NCBI GenBank assembly: GCA_041750995.1
Contig: JBGSYG010000018.1
Location: forward strand, 18,218-82,217
DNA length: 64,000 nt
Direction of reading: 5' to 3'
Origin: Pyrinomonadaceae bacterium
GTDB taxonomy: Bacteria > Acidobacteriota > Blastocatellia > Pyrinomonadales > Pyrinomonadaceae
The translations under genes were made by a program, and so were the position numbers. The number at the start of each line of letters is the position of its first letter. Positions within the stretch are counted from its first letter, which is position 1. The notes beneath the pieces are model-generated. The model made no database searches, was not told the DNA's origin, and was given only the letters and a program-made list of their open reading frames with translations. Positions 1 through 8,049 of this stretch are shown here, in pieces.

Positions 1-186
1 CCAAATCCATCCGGACATATACGGCCAATGCTCTTTAAAACGGTGCTTAATTTGTCGCCATTCCTCTCTTTCTCTTTCCGAGATCGCAACGACGACCGGC
101 CCGCGCTTCACACGATCTTGTCCAAACGAAGCCGACGCACTCGTTATTGCAGAGATGAGTAAAAGAAGAATTAAGAAGTGTTTCAT
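1..186 (-). CDS. Partial CDS (first 62 codons, runs off the left edge): exported hypothetical protein
   Basis: Not in the supplied track. The reverse complement of 184-186 is ATG and the frame stays open to position 1. It reads MKHFLILLLLISAITSASASFGQDRVKRG..., a typical signal peptide (charged N-terminus, hydrophobic core, ASA cleavage-type site). Confidence 0.4.
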   Translation of the reverse strand, partial: MKHFLILLLLISAITSASASFGQDRVKRGPVVVAISEREREEWRQIKHRFKEHWPYMSGWIW

Positions 187-298
187 CTAAACCTTATTTT
201 CAAATTGCAATCAGGTCGCTCGTTGCTTCGCTCGTTGGTCTTAGCATATATTGCCTCACACCCAATTTTAATATTGCGCTAAGAGGTCTAATTCTCCT

Positions 299-1753
299 AT
301 GTCTAGAACTGTTCCTATTACGGTCGCAAACGGCGACGGCATTGGGCCTGAGATCATGGCCGCCACGCTCGAGATTCTTAAAGGCGCGGGAGCGGCCCTC
401 GAAATCGAGATGATCGATATCGGCGAGAAAGTTTACCTCGCGGGAAACTCTTCCGGAATTGAGGCGAGCTCATGGGACTCGTTACGCCGCACCAAAGTTT
501 TTCTGAAAGCTCCAATCACTACGCCTCAGGGCGGTGGCTACAAAAGCCTCAACGTGACCGTGCGCAAGACGCTCGGCCTGTATGCCAACGTGCGTCCCTG
601 TGTGTCTTACCATCCGTTCGTGAGAACAAAACATCCGAACATGGATGTCGTGATCGTACGCGAGAATGAAGAGGATCTTTATGCAGGCATCGAACACCGG
701 CAGACGGCGCAGGTCGTGCAGTGCCTAAAACTTATTTCCCGGCCGGGTTCTGAGAAAATTGTTCGTTACGCTTTTGAATACGCGCGCCGCAACAACCGGA
801 AAAAGGTCACCTGCTTCACTAAAGACAACATCATGAAGCTGACCGACGGTCTTTTCCACAAAGTGTTCGACGAAATCGCCGCGCAGTATCCCGACATCGA
901 AAACGAACACTGGATTGTGGATATCGGCGCTGCGAAACTTGCTGACACGCCGGAAGCCTTCGATGTGTTAGTGATGCCGAATCTCTACGGTGATGTGTTG
1001 TCGGACGTGGCGGCTCAAATTGCGGGCTCAGTTGGTCTGGCGGGTTCTGCCAATATTGGCGAACACGTGTCGATGTTTGAAGCGATACACGGATCGGCTC
1101 CGCGGCGCGCTGGGCAAAATTTGGCGAACCCTTCAGGGCTGCTGCTCGGGGCCGTGATGATGCTGGTGCACGTCGGACAAACGGATGTTGCCGAGCGAGT
1201 GCACAATGCCTGGCTGCGCACGCTTGAAGACGGCATCCACACTTATGATGTCTACAAAGAGGGCGTGAGTAAGGAGAAGGTCGGCACCAAAGAGTTTGCC
1301 GCCGCGGTCGTGGCCCGAGTAGGACAACTGCCGCAAACGTTGAAAGCGGCCAGGTACCAAACTGCGTCAGAAAGCGCTGCCGAGGTTAAGAGCACTGCGG
1401 CGACAGCGGTGCAGAAGAAGGAGCTTGTGGGTGTAGACGTTTTTCTTGATTGGACTAGAGGGTCGGCGAACGAATTAGGCGAGTCACTAAATAAGCTCGG
1501 GGACGATGGCCTCAAGCTCGAAATGATGAGCAATCGTGGCGTGAAAGTCTGGCCCGGCGGACACGCGGAAACATTCTGCTCGGATCATTGGCGTTGCCGG
1601 TTCTTATCAGGTAAAGACGACGGCTCACTTTCTCACGATCAGATAGTGGCCCTTCTCGAGCGCGTGGCGGGTGCTGGTTTCGATTTCATCAAGACTGAAA
1701 ACCTTTACAACTTCGATGGCGAACGCGGCTTCTCGCTGGATCAAGGCGCCTAG
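299..1753 (+). CDS. icd: Isocitrate dehydrogenase, long form with C-terminal extra domain
   Basis: 484-aa ORF. It has the VANGDGIGPEIM N-terminus and the NLYGDVLSD and HGSAP motifs of the isocitrate/isopropylmalate dehydrogenase family. A C-terminal extension of about 130 aa matches the Thermus-type long IDHs. Confidence 0.88.
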   Translation: MSRTVPITVANGDGIGPEIMAATLEILKGAGAALEIEMIDIGEKVYLAGNSSGIEASSWDSLRRTKVFLKAPITTPQGGGYKSLNVTVRKTLGLYANVRPCVSYHPFVRTKHPNMDVVIVRENEEDLYAGIEHRQTAQVVQCLKLISRPGSEKIVRYAFEYARRNNRKKVTCFTKDNIMKLTDGLFHKVFDEIAAQYPDIENEHWIVDIGAAKLADTPEAFDVLVMPNLYGDVLSDVAAQIAGSVGLAGSANIGEHVSMFEAIHGSAPRRAGQNLANPSGLLLGAVMMLVHVGQTDVAERVHNAWLRTLEDGIHTYDVYKEGVSKEKVGTKEFAAAVVARVGQLPQTLKAARYQTASESAAEVKSTAATAVQKKELVGVDVFLDWTRGSANELGESLNKLGDDGLKLEMMSNRGVKVWPGGHAETFCSDHWRCRFLSGKDDGSLSHDQIVALLERVAGAGFDFIKTENLYNFDGERGFSLDQGA

Positions 1754-1754
1754 G

Positions 1755-2020
1755 CACCGAGACGCGGAGACACGGAGAAAGGGAGATGGGGAGACACGGA
1801 GACACCGAGACACGGAGATAGTGAGACAGGGAGACTCGGAGAATTAATATGGCTACTAAAACAAAAGGAAGAATTAAGTCATCGTCCACGAGTCCCCATC
1901 TCCCCGCATCCCCGCGTCCCCGTGTCTCCCCATCCCCGCGTCCCCCCAACTCCGCGTCACGGCGTTCCCGCGTCTCCGGGTCGCGGCGTCCCCTCGTCTC
2001 CGCGTCGCCCCATCCCCGTG
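1755..2020. repeat. Mirrored octamer arrays: left arm 1755-1842 (GAGACACG-like, about 10.5 units), AT-rich centre 1843-1890, right arm 1891-2020 (CGTCTCCC/CGTCCCCG-like, about 16 units)
   Basis: GAGA recurs every 8 nt in the left arm. TC(T/C)CC recurs every 8 nt in the right arm. The right-arm words are reverse complements of the left-arm words. Confidence 0.9.
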
Positions 2021-2037
2021 CCGCCGCATCATCCCTG

Positions 2038-2508
2038 GTGGCAGTAATCATGGGTAGCAAGTCGGATTGGGAAACAATGCGGCACGCGGATCAGACGCTT
2101 ACTGATTTCGGCGTGGCGCATGAATGTAAAGTAATGTCGGCTCATCGCACCCCACACCTCGCGGCTGACTTTGCTTCCAATGCCGAGTCGCGTGGCGTAG
2201 AAATTATTATTGCTGCTGCAGGAGGCGCCGCGCATCTTGCCGGCGTGCTTGCCGCTCACACCACCTTGCCCGTGCTCGGCGTGCCGATGAAAAGTGATGC
2301 TCTTAACGGCATGGATTCGTTGCTCTCTACCGTACAAATGCCGGCGGGAATTCCTGTCGGCACGCTCGCCATCGGAAAACCCGGCGCCGTTAATGCTGCA
2401 CTTCTGGCCATCGCAATCCTGGCAAATCAACGCCCCGAACTGCGTCAACAACTGAAGCAGTTTCGCGAGAAACAGGAGCAACAAGTTCGCGCCGCGACCC
2501 TCGATTAG
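2038..2508 (+). CDS. purE: N5-carboxyaminoimidazole ribonucleotide mutase
   Basis: The motifs IMGSKSDWETM, SAHRTP, AAGGAAHLAGV and PVLGVP are present. The track ORF starts at 1849, but its first ~63 codons (PRPRVSPSPRPP...) are just a translation of the octamer array. I placed the start at the in-frame GTG 2038; ATG 2050 is equally possible. Confidence 0.85.
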   Translation: MAVIMGSKSDWETMRHADQTLTDFGVAHECKVMSAHRTPHLAADFASNAESRGVEIIIAAAGGAAHLAGVLAAHTTLPVLGVPMKSDALNGMDSLLSTVQMPAGIPVGTLAIGKPGAVNAALLAIAILANQRPELRQQLKQFREKQEQQVRAATLD

Positions 2509-2658
2509 CAGGCACTTTCCGCCATAAGTTCTTCTTGTAATCCCTTCGGCTTTAGAGCAGAATGCCGCCATTGGATTGAGCTTTTCCAGGTCAGTTCTAA
2601 GGCCCGACACCCTCTCTGTTAGAACTTCTTCTCCACTCGCGTTTTGAAGGAAACCATT

Positions 2659-5610
2659 GTGATCGGTCAAACGATCTCCCATTACCGGATTATTGAGCCT
2701 CTCGGTGAAGGCGGAATGGGGACTGTTTATCAGGCCGAAGACACGCACCTTGGACGGCGTGTCGCCATCAAGTTTCTCTCCTCACTCGACTCACATTACC
2801 GCGCGCGCTTTCTCCGCGAAGCCAGAGCGGTTTCGGCGTTGAGTCATCCCAACATCGCTGCCGTTTATGATTACGGCGAAACGGCGGAAGGCCAGCCGTA
2901 CATCGTGATGGAGTTGGTTAAGGGCCGCACGTTGAGCGACGTGCTTGAGGACGAAAGACTTTCCCTCGGGCGCTCAGTGCAAATCGTCTCTGCCATCGCT
3001 GAGGCGCTTGGTGAAGCGCATCGAGGCGGAATTATTCATCGCGACGTGAAGCCCGCGAATGTGGTCATCAACGAACGTGGCCAGGTAAAGGTTCTTGACT
3101 TTGGTCTCGTCAAACATCTTGATGAGATCGATACCGGTCGTAATGATCCAAAAACTCGCTTTGCCTACACTCAAAGCGATGTGATCGTCGGAACTCCGCT
3201 CTATCTTTCGCCCGAACAAGCAACGGGAAAAGCTGTGGATGGTCGCAGCGATCTATTCGCGCTCGGCGCTTTGCTCTACGAATGCATCACCGGCCAGTCG
3301 GCATTTTCCGGGACCAGCGTGATTGAGATTGGCGCCCAGGTGATTCATGTAACGCCACCGCCACCGTCGGAAACTAATCCGCGCATCCCAGCCGAGCTTG
3401 ACCGCGTTACGATGAAAGCGCTGCAGAAGAATCCTGACTTGCGTCATCAATCAGCCGCGGAATTGATTGAGGAGTTGAACGCAGTCAGTGCCAGTCTTCC
3501 AAAGGATGGTGACTACCCGCCGCGGGCTCCGGCGAACGTAGCGCGGGCCAGTGCATTAACAACACTGAACCAAACTTTAAGGCGCCCGCGACTATCGCTG
3601 GGCGCTTTTCTTATCGGCGCTGTCATAATTGCGTTCAGCGTTTGGGCGGCGATGCGTTACTGGAAGCCGACGCCCTACCAGCCGATTCCCGAGGCACTCG
3701 GCTGGTACAACAAAGGAGTTGATGCGCTCCGCAACGGTGCGTTTCTCCAGGCAAGCAACGCGTTGGAAGAAGCCGTTAAGATTGATCCGAATTTTGCTCT
3801 GGCTCACGCGCGACTGTCGGAAGCCTACACGGAACTCGATTACACGGATAAAGCAAAGGACGAGTTGTTGCGGGTCAGCTCACTCGTACCCGATCGCTCT
3901 CAGCTGCCTCGCTTGGACGAGCTCTACCTGACGGGGATCAACAACACAGTGACGCGGTATTTTACTGCCGCAGTCAAAGCCTTCGACGAGATAGCGCAGC
4001 TCACGCCGGAAGATGCGCATGCATTCGTCGACCTCGGGCGGGCTCACGAAAAAGCCGACGACATCAAAAAGGCCCTCGATAATTATCTCCGAGCAACGAC
4101 GATTGACGGACAGTACGCCACCGCGTACTTGCGGGCTGGCGACATCTATAGCCGCAACGAGGATGTCGCTAGCGCTTCCGCAGCCTTTGATAAAGCGGAG
4201 GCACTCTTCAAAGCGCTCGAAAACACCGAAGGGGTTGCCGAAGTCCAACGCTTGCGCGGGATACTCTTCCGCGGCGTAAGCAAATTTGATGAAGCAAGAG
4301 AGCAGTTTCAAAAGGGCTTAGAGACCGCCAAGGCGAACGGCAATGAAGCGCAACAAGTGCTTTGTCTGATCGAACTAGCGCATTTGGCATTCACTGAAGG
4401 TAAGACTAAACAGGCGCAGGACTACGCCATGCAGTCGGTCGAATTCGCGCGGCAAAGACATCTTGAGAACCTGACGGCCGGAGGGTTAATCGAGCTTGGA
4501 CTTTCCTTTTCCAGTAGGGGCGTGTATCCGCAGGCTGAAAAATATTTTAAGGAGGCAATCGAGCTGTCGCGCGCTCAGGGTGGGCGGCGGCGCGAAGCTA
4601 TCGGCAAAATGAATTTGGGGGGCATCTATATTCATCAATTGCGGACTGACGAGGGGATGGCTCTCAATCAGGAAGCATTGAGTTTCTTCCGTCAGGGAAA
4701 TTATCCACGTCAAATTCTGATCAGTCTTGACTACATCGGGCGCTCGCAGCGTCAGAAAGGTGATTACGACGCTGCGCTAACCACTTTCGCTGAAAAGCTC
4801 GAACGTGCGAAACAAGGTGGCGACCAGTCGCAAATAGCGTTTGCGTTGGGCGAGATTGGGTCGGTGCTTGTCGAACGCGAGCAGTATGCCGAGGCGCTCC
4901 GCAAATATTCGGAAAGCTACGAGATAATCAAGTCGTTGGATAACACAGTGCAATTGGCTTACAACAACCACAACCGGGGAAACATGCTGTGGAATCTCGG
5001 TCGCTACGCAGACGCGCAGTCATCCCTGGACGAAGCTCTAAAGATCGCCAGTCAACCAGGCATTGACTACCAACAACTGCTGGCGGAGATTGAGTTGAGC
5101 TTCGCGCAAATTGCTCTCAGCAAAAGTGAGTTTGGCGATGCGCGCAAGCGAGCCATGAAAGCTCTCAGCCTTGCAGGGAACAAATACGCACAGGTCGAAA
5201 TCGGCGCCCAAAACACCTTGGGAGTAGCCAAAGCATTTTCAGGCAGCACTCGAGACGGAATGGCGGATTGCGAAAAAAGCCTGGAGCTGGCCCGCAAGGC
5301 AGGTGACTACGGCTTACTCACGCGCACCCTCGTGGCGGGGGCTCGCGCCGCACTTGAAAGCAATAGCCCCGAAAAAGCATTACAGTTAGCCACCGAAGCA
5401 GAACAAATGGCAGCCCGCGGCAAGAACAAGGAATCGCAGTGGCTTGCCCTCATCGTGACAGCTCGCGCGCAAGATCGGCTGGGAAACACCGCTGATGCCC
5501 AGAACAGAGCGGCCCAGGCCCAGAAGGTATTTACTGAACTTCGCAGCTCAGTAAGCGCCTTTGTTGATAGCTACTTAGCGCGAAAAGATATTGAGTTTTA
5601 CCGCAAGTGA
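2659..5610 (+). CDS. Ser/Thr protein kinase with one TM segment and a long TPR-like C-terminal region
   Basis: Hanks motifs are present: GEGGMGTVY, VAIK, HRDVKPANV, DFGL, SPEQ. A TM candidate (LGAFLIGAVIIAFSVWAAM) is followed by about 640 aa of TPR-like helical repeats. GTG 2659 has AAGGA 7 nt upstream; the track start is TTG 2644. Confidence 0.85.
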   Translation: MIGQTISHYRIIEPLGEGGMGTVYQAEDTHLGRRVAIKFLSSLDSHYRARFLREARAVSALSHPNIAAVYDYGETAEGQPYIVMELVKGRTLSDVLEDERLSLGRSVQIVSAIAEALGEAHRGGIIHRDVKPANVVINERGQVKVLDFGLVKHLDEIDTGRNDPKTRFAYTQSDVIVGTPLYLSPEQATGKAVDGRSDLFALGALLYECITGQSAFSGTSVIEIGAQVIHVTPPPPSETNPRIPAELDRVTMKALQKNPDLRHQSAAELIEELNAVSASLPKDGDYPPRAPANVARASALTTLNQTLRRPRLSLGAFLIGAVIIAFSVWAAMRYWKPTPYQPIPEALGWYNKGVDALRNGAFLQASNALEEAVKIDPNFALAHARLSEAYTELDYTDKAKDELLRVSSLVPDRSQLPRLDELYLTGINNTVTRYFTAAVKAFDEIAQLTPEDAHAFVDLGRAHEKADDIKKALDNYLRATTIDGQYATAYLRAGDIYSRNEDVASASAAFDKAEALFKALENTEGVAEVQRLRGILFRGVSKFDEAREQFQKGLETAKANGNEAQQVLCLIELAHLAFTEGKTKQAQDYAMQSVEFARQRHLENLTAGGLIELGLSFSSRGVYPQAEKYFKEAIELSRAQGGRRREAIGKMNLGGIYIHQLRTDEGMALNQEALSFFRQGNYPRQILISLDYIGRSQRQKGDYDAALTTFAEKLERAKQGGDQSQIAFALGEIGSVLVEREQYAEALRKYSESYEIIKSLDNTVQLAYNNHNRGNMLWNLGRYADAQSSLDEALKIASQPGIDYQQLLAEIELSFAQIALSKSEFGDARKRAMKALSLAGNKYAQVEIGAQNTLGVAKAFSGSTRDGMADCEKSLELARKAGDYGLLTRTLVAGARAALESNSPEKALQLATEAEQMAARGKNKESQWLALIVTARAQDRLGNTADAQNRAAQAQKVFTELRSSVSAFVDSYLARKDIEFYRK

Positions 5611-5685
5611 CTCGGTTGAGAATCACTACTCAGTCCTTCACCAACCGGGTTCAATTACTCCCACAACCGATCAAGGAGAACCCCG

Positions 5686-5946
5686 ATGGAAAAAAATCCC
5701 AACTTAATCAACAAAGCCACCGCTAGCGATCCGCCAACCGGAGGCGGCGGCGGCGAGTCAACTACACCAAGCGCTCCTCCAACCGGAGGCGGTGGCGGTG
5801 AAGCAACTCCAAGCGATCCACCAACGGGTGGAGGCGGAGGTGACTCTTCCCTCACCAGTCCACCCACTGGAGGCGGAGGCGGTGAAGACGATGGAACCGC
5901 TGAGAGCGATCCGCCCACGGGCGGTGGCGGCGGGGAGCAGTTGTAG
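5686..5946 (+). CDS. Small repeat protein with five PPTGGGGG(E/D) units (86 aa), function unknown
   Basis: The ATG is preceded by AAGGAG (caaggagaaccccgATG). The ORF is followed by a strong intrinsic terminator on the same strand. It has no signal peptide and lies 75 nt downstream of the kinase gene. Confidence 0.55.
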   Translation: MEKNPNLINKATASDPPTGGGGGESTTPSAPPTGGGGGEATPSDPPTGGGGGDSSLTSPPTGGGGGEDDGTAESDPPTGGGGGEQL

Positions 5947-5976
5947 CGGCTTGTTTCCTCGAATTGCTGATGCAGA

Positions 5977-6016
5977 AGCCCAGGGTCAGGCCTCAACCGT
6001 ACCCTGGGCTTTTTTT
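5977..6016 (+). terminator. Rho-independent terminator
   Basis: A 10-bp stem, AGCCCAGGGT (5977-5986) pairing with ACCCTGGGCT (6001-6010), runs into a T tract of seven T. Confidence 0.75.
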
Positions 6017-6086
6017 GTGAGTTCGAAACGCAGCGAGACCAGAACTGGCAGTTAGTGGGAACAGTTCTGCACTAGTTCCGAGCGCT

Positions 6087-6362
6087 TCAATCGCGTCGTC
6101 GAGTCAGCAGAGCAATCACGGCGACGAACAGAGCCGAACCAATAATTGACCAGACGATGGGAAAGGTTGTCGTTCCAATCTGAAGATTGAAAAGTTCCGG
6201 TAGGCCAAGCCTGCGGGCGATCCAGACTCCCAGTACGGCCCCCACGAAACCCAAGGCGATCGAAACCAAACAACCGCCACGCGAGAAGCCAGTGATCGCC
6301 TGGCCCAGAGCGCCGCAAACCCCGGCAACGAGTAACAGAACAATTAGATCAAAAATAGTCAT
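6087..6362 (-). CDS. GlsB/YeaQ/YmgE-family transglycosylase-associated small membrane protein
   Basis: 91 aa with three hydrophobic Gly-rich helices (LLLVAGVCGALG, ALGFVGAVLGVWI, IIGSALFVAVIALL), typical of this family. Confidence 0.75.
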   Translation of the reverse strand: MTIFDLIVLLLVAGVCGALGQAITGFSRGGCLVSIALGFVGAVLGVWIARRLGLPELFNLQIGTTTFPIVWSIIGSALFVAVIALLTRRRD

Positions 6363-6380
6363 ACGCCCCCCTGTAAATTT

Positions 6381-6522
6381 CGGATTGTGGATTGCCGATT
6401 GCGGATTGGCATCTACTCCGCAGTCATCATTCGTTAATCATCATTCGAATCGTCATTCCGCATTATCACTCCTCAATCATCATTCGAAAATCGGAAATCG
6501 CCAATTGGCAATCTTCAATCAC
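6381..6522. repeat. Heptamer arrays (GGATTGN x4 at 6381-6410; ..CATCATT/..TCAAT units at 6424-6522)
   Basis: Direct reading shows a period of 7. The array ends inside the stop-codon region of the amidohydrolase gene. Confidence 0.8.
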
Positions 6523-7823
6523 CGTATCTCATTGCGATAGACTTCTCCGCCTTTCATTACAAACTTTACTCGTTCTAATTCGCTGATAGTCGTCAATGGA
6601 TCGCCGCTTACAGCAATGATGTCCGCGTACTTGCCTGTTTCAATCGCGCCAAAGTCATTCGCGCGCTGCAGGAGGTCCGCCGCCACGGTCGTGGCCGACT
6701 GGATCGCCTGCATCGGTGTCATTCCATAGCGCACCATGTATGTCAGTTCTTTGGCCTGGTTTTCCGTCCACGCATAACCACCGGCATCGGTTCCGTATGC
6801 GATTCTCACGCCTTTGCGAACCGCGACAGGAAAAGCCTTCGCTTCCAGATCGCGCATCGTAAGCCAGATTGGTGCGCCCGCCGCGGCGCGACCCTCGGCA
6901 ACATACACGCCGACGTAGATCGTCGGGCACCAGTAAACTCCCTGTTTCACCATCCGATCCATCAGACCGGCGTCGAGACCGTAGCCATGTTCGATGGAGT
7001 CGACACCAGCGCGGAGCGAGGCATCGATGCCTTCCCAGCCCATCGCGTGTGCCGCTACTCTGCGACCGAGTCGATGCGATTCATCCACCAGCGCTTTCAT
7101 TTCCTCTTCCGTAAAGTTCACCCATGAATGAAGCGCGCCATCTTTCAGGAAGTAGCGGCGGTCTGCATAGAACTTGATCCAATCGGCACCAAACTTGACC
7201 TGTTCGCGCACCGCGCGACGAATGTTGTCTGGCCCGTCAACAATCTGCACGCCTTCGGGCATTCGCAATTCCCACGAATAGCCCTGGAGGGGGTACATCC
7301 CCGTGGCCGAGAAAGCGCGCGTCGCGACAAACATTCGCGGACCGGGCACGACGCCGCGATTAATTGCCTGTTTCACATCAACATCCGCGTACATTGCGCC
7401 TTCGGTCTCCAGGTCGCGCATTACAGTGAAGCCATTGAGTAGCGCGATGCGCGCAGCGACCGTGGCCCGGATAGTTCGGTAGGGGATCGACTCTTTCAGT
7501 AACTGCACGTCGTAATCGGCGGTGGTGATGTCGCCCTGAAGCAAGATATGAGTGTGACAATCTGCGAGACCCGGTAATACCGTTGCTCGCGAAAGATCGA
7601 TGACGTGGGTACCGAGTGGCGCTGCCCGTTCCACTGCCGCGAGAGGACCGACCGTTCTAATGCGCTCGTCCAAGATCAGGATTCCCTGATCTTGCAGTAC
7701 GCGCCCGGCACGCACATCGATCAGACGTCCGGCCTTGATTAGCGTTGAACGTCCATTTTGGCCACTTGCAGTCGCGAGCAGCGCAAAACAAATGGTGATA
7801 ATTGCGGGCAGTAGTTTTTTCAT
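6519..7823 (-). CDS. Secreted amidohydrolase-family metallo-hydrolase
   Basis: It has the HTH metal motif (LADCHTHILLQGD), later HAMG and EHG/DAG motifs, and the C-terminal GKYADIIAV...V.MKGG signature of the amidohydrolase superfamily. I moved the start to ATG 7823 (MKKLLPAIITICFALLATASG signal peptide, AGGAAAGG upstream). The track start 7970 adds 49 unlikely residues. Confidence 0.85.
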   Translation of the reverse strand: MKKLLPAIITICFALLATASGQNGRSTLIKAGRLIDVRAGRVLQDQGILILDERIRTVGPLAAVERAAPLGTHVIDLSRATVLPGLADCHTHILLQGDITTADYDVQLLKESIPYRTIRATVAARIALLNGFTVMRDLETEGAMYADVDVKQAINRGVVPGPRMFVATRAFSATGMYPLQGYSWELRMPEGVQIVDGPDNIRRAVREQVKFGADWIKFYADRRYFLKDGALHSWVNFTEEEMKALVDESHRLGRRVAAHAMGWEGIDASLRAGVDSIEHGYGLDAGLMDRMVKQGVYWCPTIYVGVYVAEGRAAAGAPIWLTMRDLEAKAFPVAVRKGVRIAYGTDAGGYAWTENQAKELTYMVRYGMTPMQAIQSATTVAADLLQRANDFGAIETGKYADIIAVSGDPLTTISELERVKFVMKGGEVYRNEIR

Positions 7824-8049
7824 GACCTTTCCTAATGGATGCCTTGGTTTTGCGGGCTTCAATTTAAGACTAAAGCCGTCAAGCAACTCCGCTTGTCTGC
7901 GGTTGCGCCAATTAATCCCAACCACTGAAGAAATTGTTTCCTTGTGGAGGCCGGGTTCCAATGGTGCCACCCTTAAATACTACCGATTTGTTCGAACCAG
8001 GCGTCGACACAAATTAGCTCACCATCGAACTCTCAATCAACGTATTCGC

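Noticed and set aside
1849-2037. N-terminal 63 codons of the 219-aa track ORF (PHLPASPRPRVSPSPRPPNSASRR...)
   Set aside because: This is a translation of the CGTCTCCC octamer array. PurE homologues start close to the IMGSKSDW motif, so I treat it as non-coding.
2029-2748. 239-aa ORF antisense to purE
   Set aside because: It fully overlaps a confidently identified gene on the other strand. It has no motif content, as is typical of antisense ORFs in GC-rich DNA. The same reasoning applies to the many 60-170-aa antisense ORFs inside the kinases, the hybrid histidine kinase and the TonB receptor.
5655-5996. 113-aa minus-strand ORF (SPPPPPVGGS repeats) opposite the PPTGGGGG gene
   Set aside because: It is the mirror frame of the same DNA repeat. 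Its start lies inside the plus-strand terminator hairpin and it has no ribosome-binding site. The plus-strand ORF has both an SD and a terminator.
6187-6586. Plus-strand ORFs 6187-6540 and 6392-6586
   Set aside because: They run antisense to the GlsB-family gene and then through the heptamer arrays (HHSLIIIRIVIPHYHSSIIIRK). The composition is low-complexity and there is no start context.
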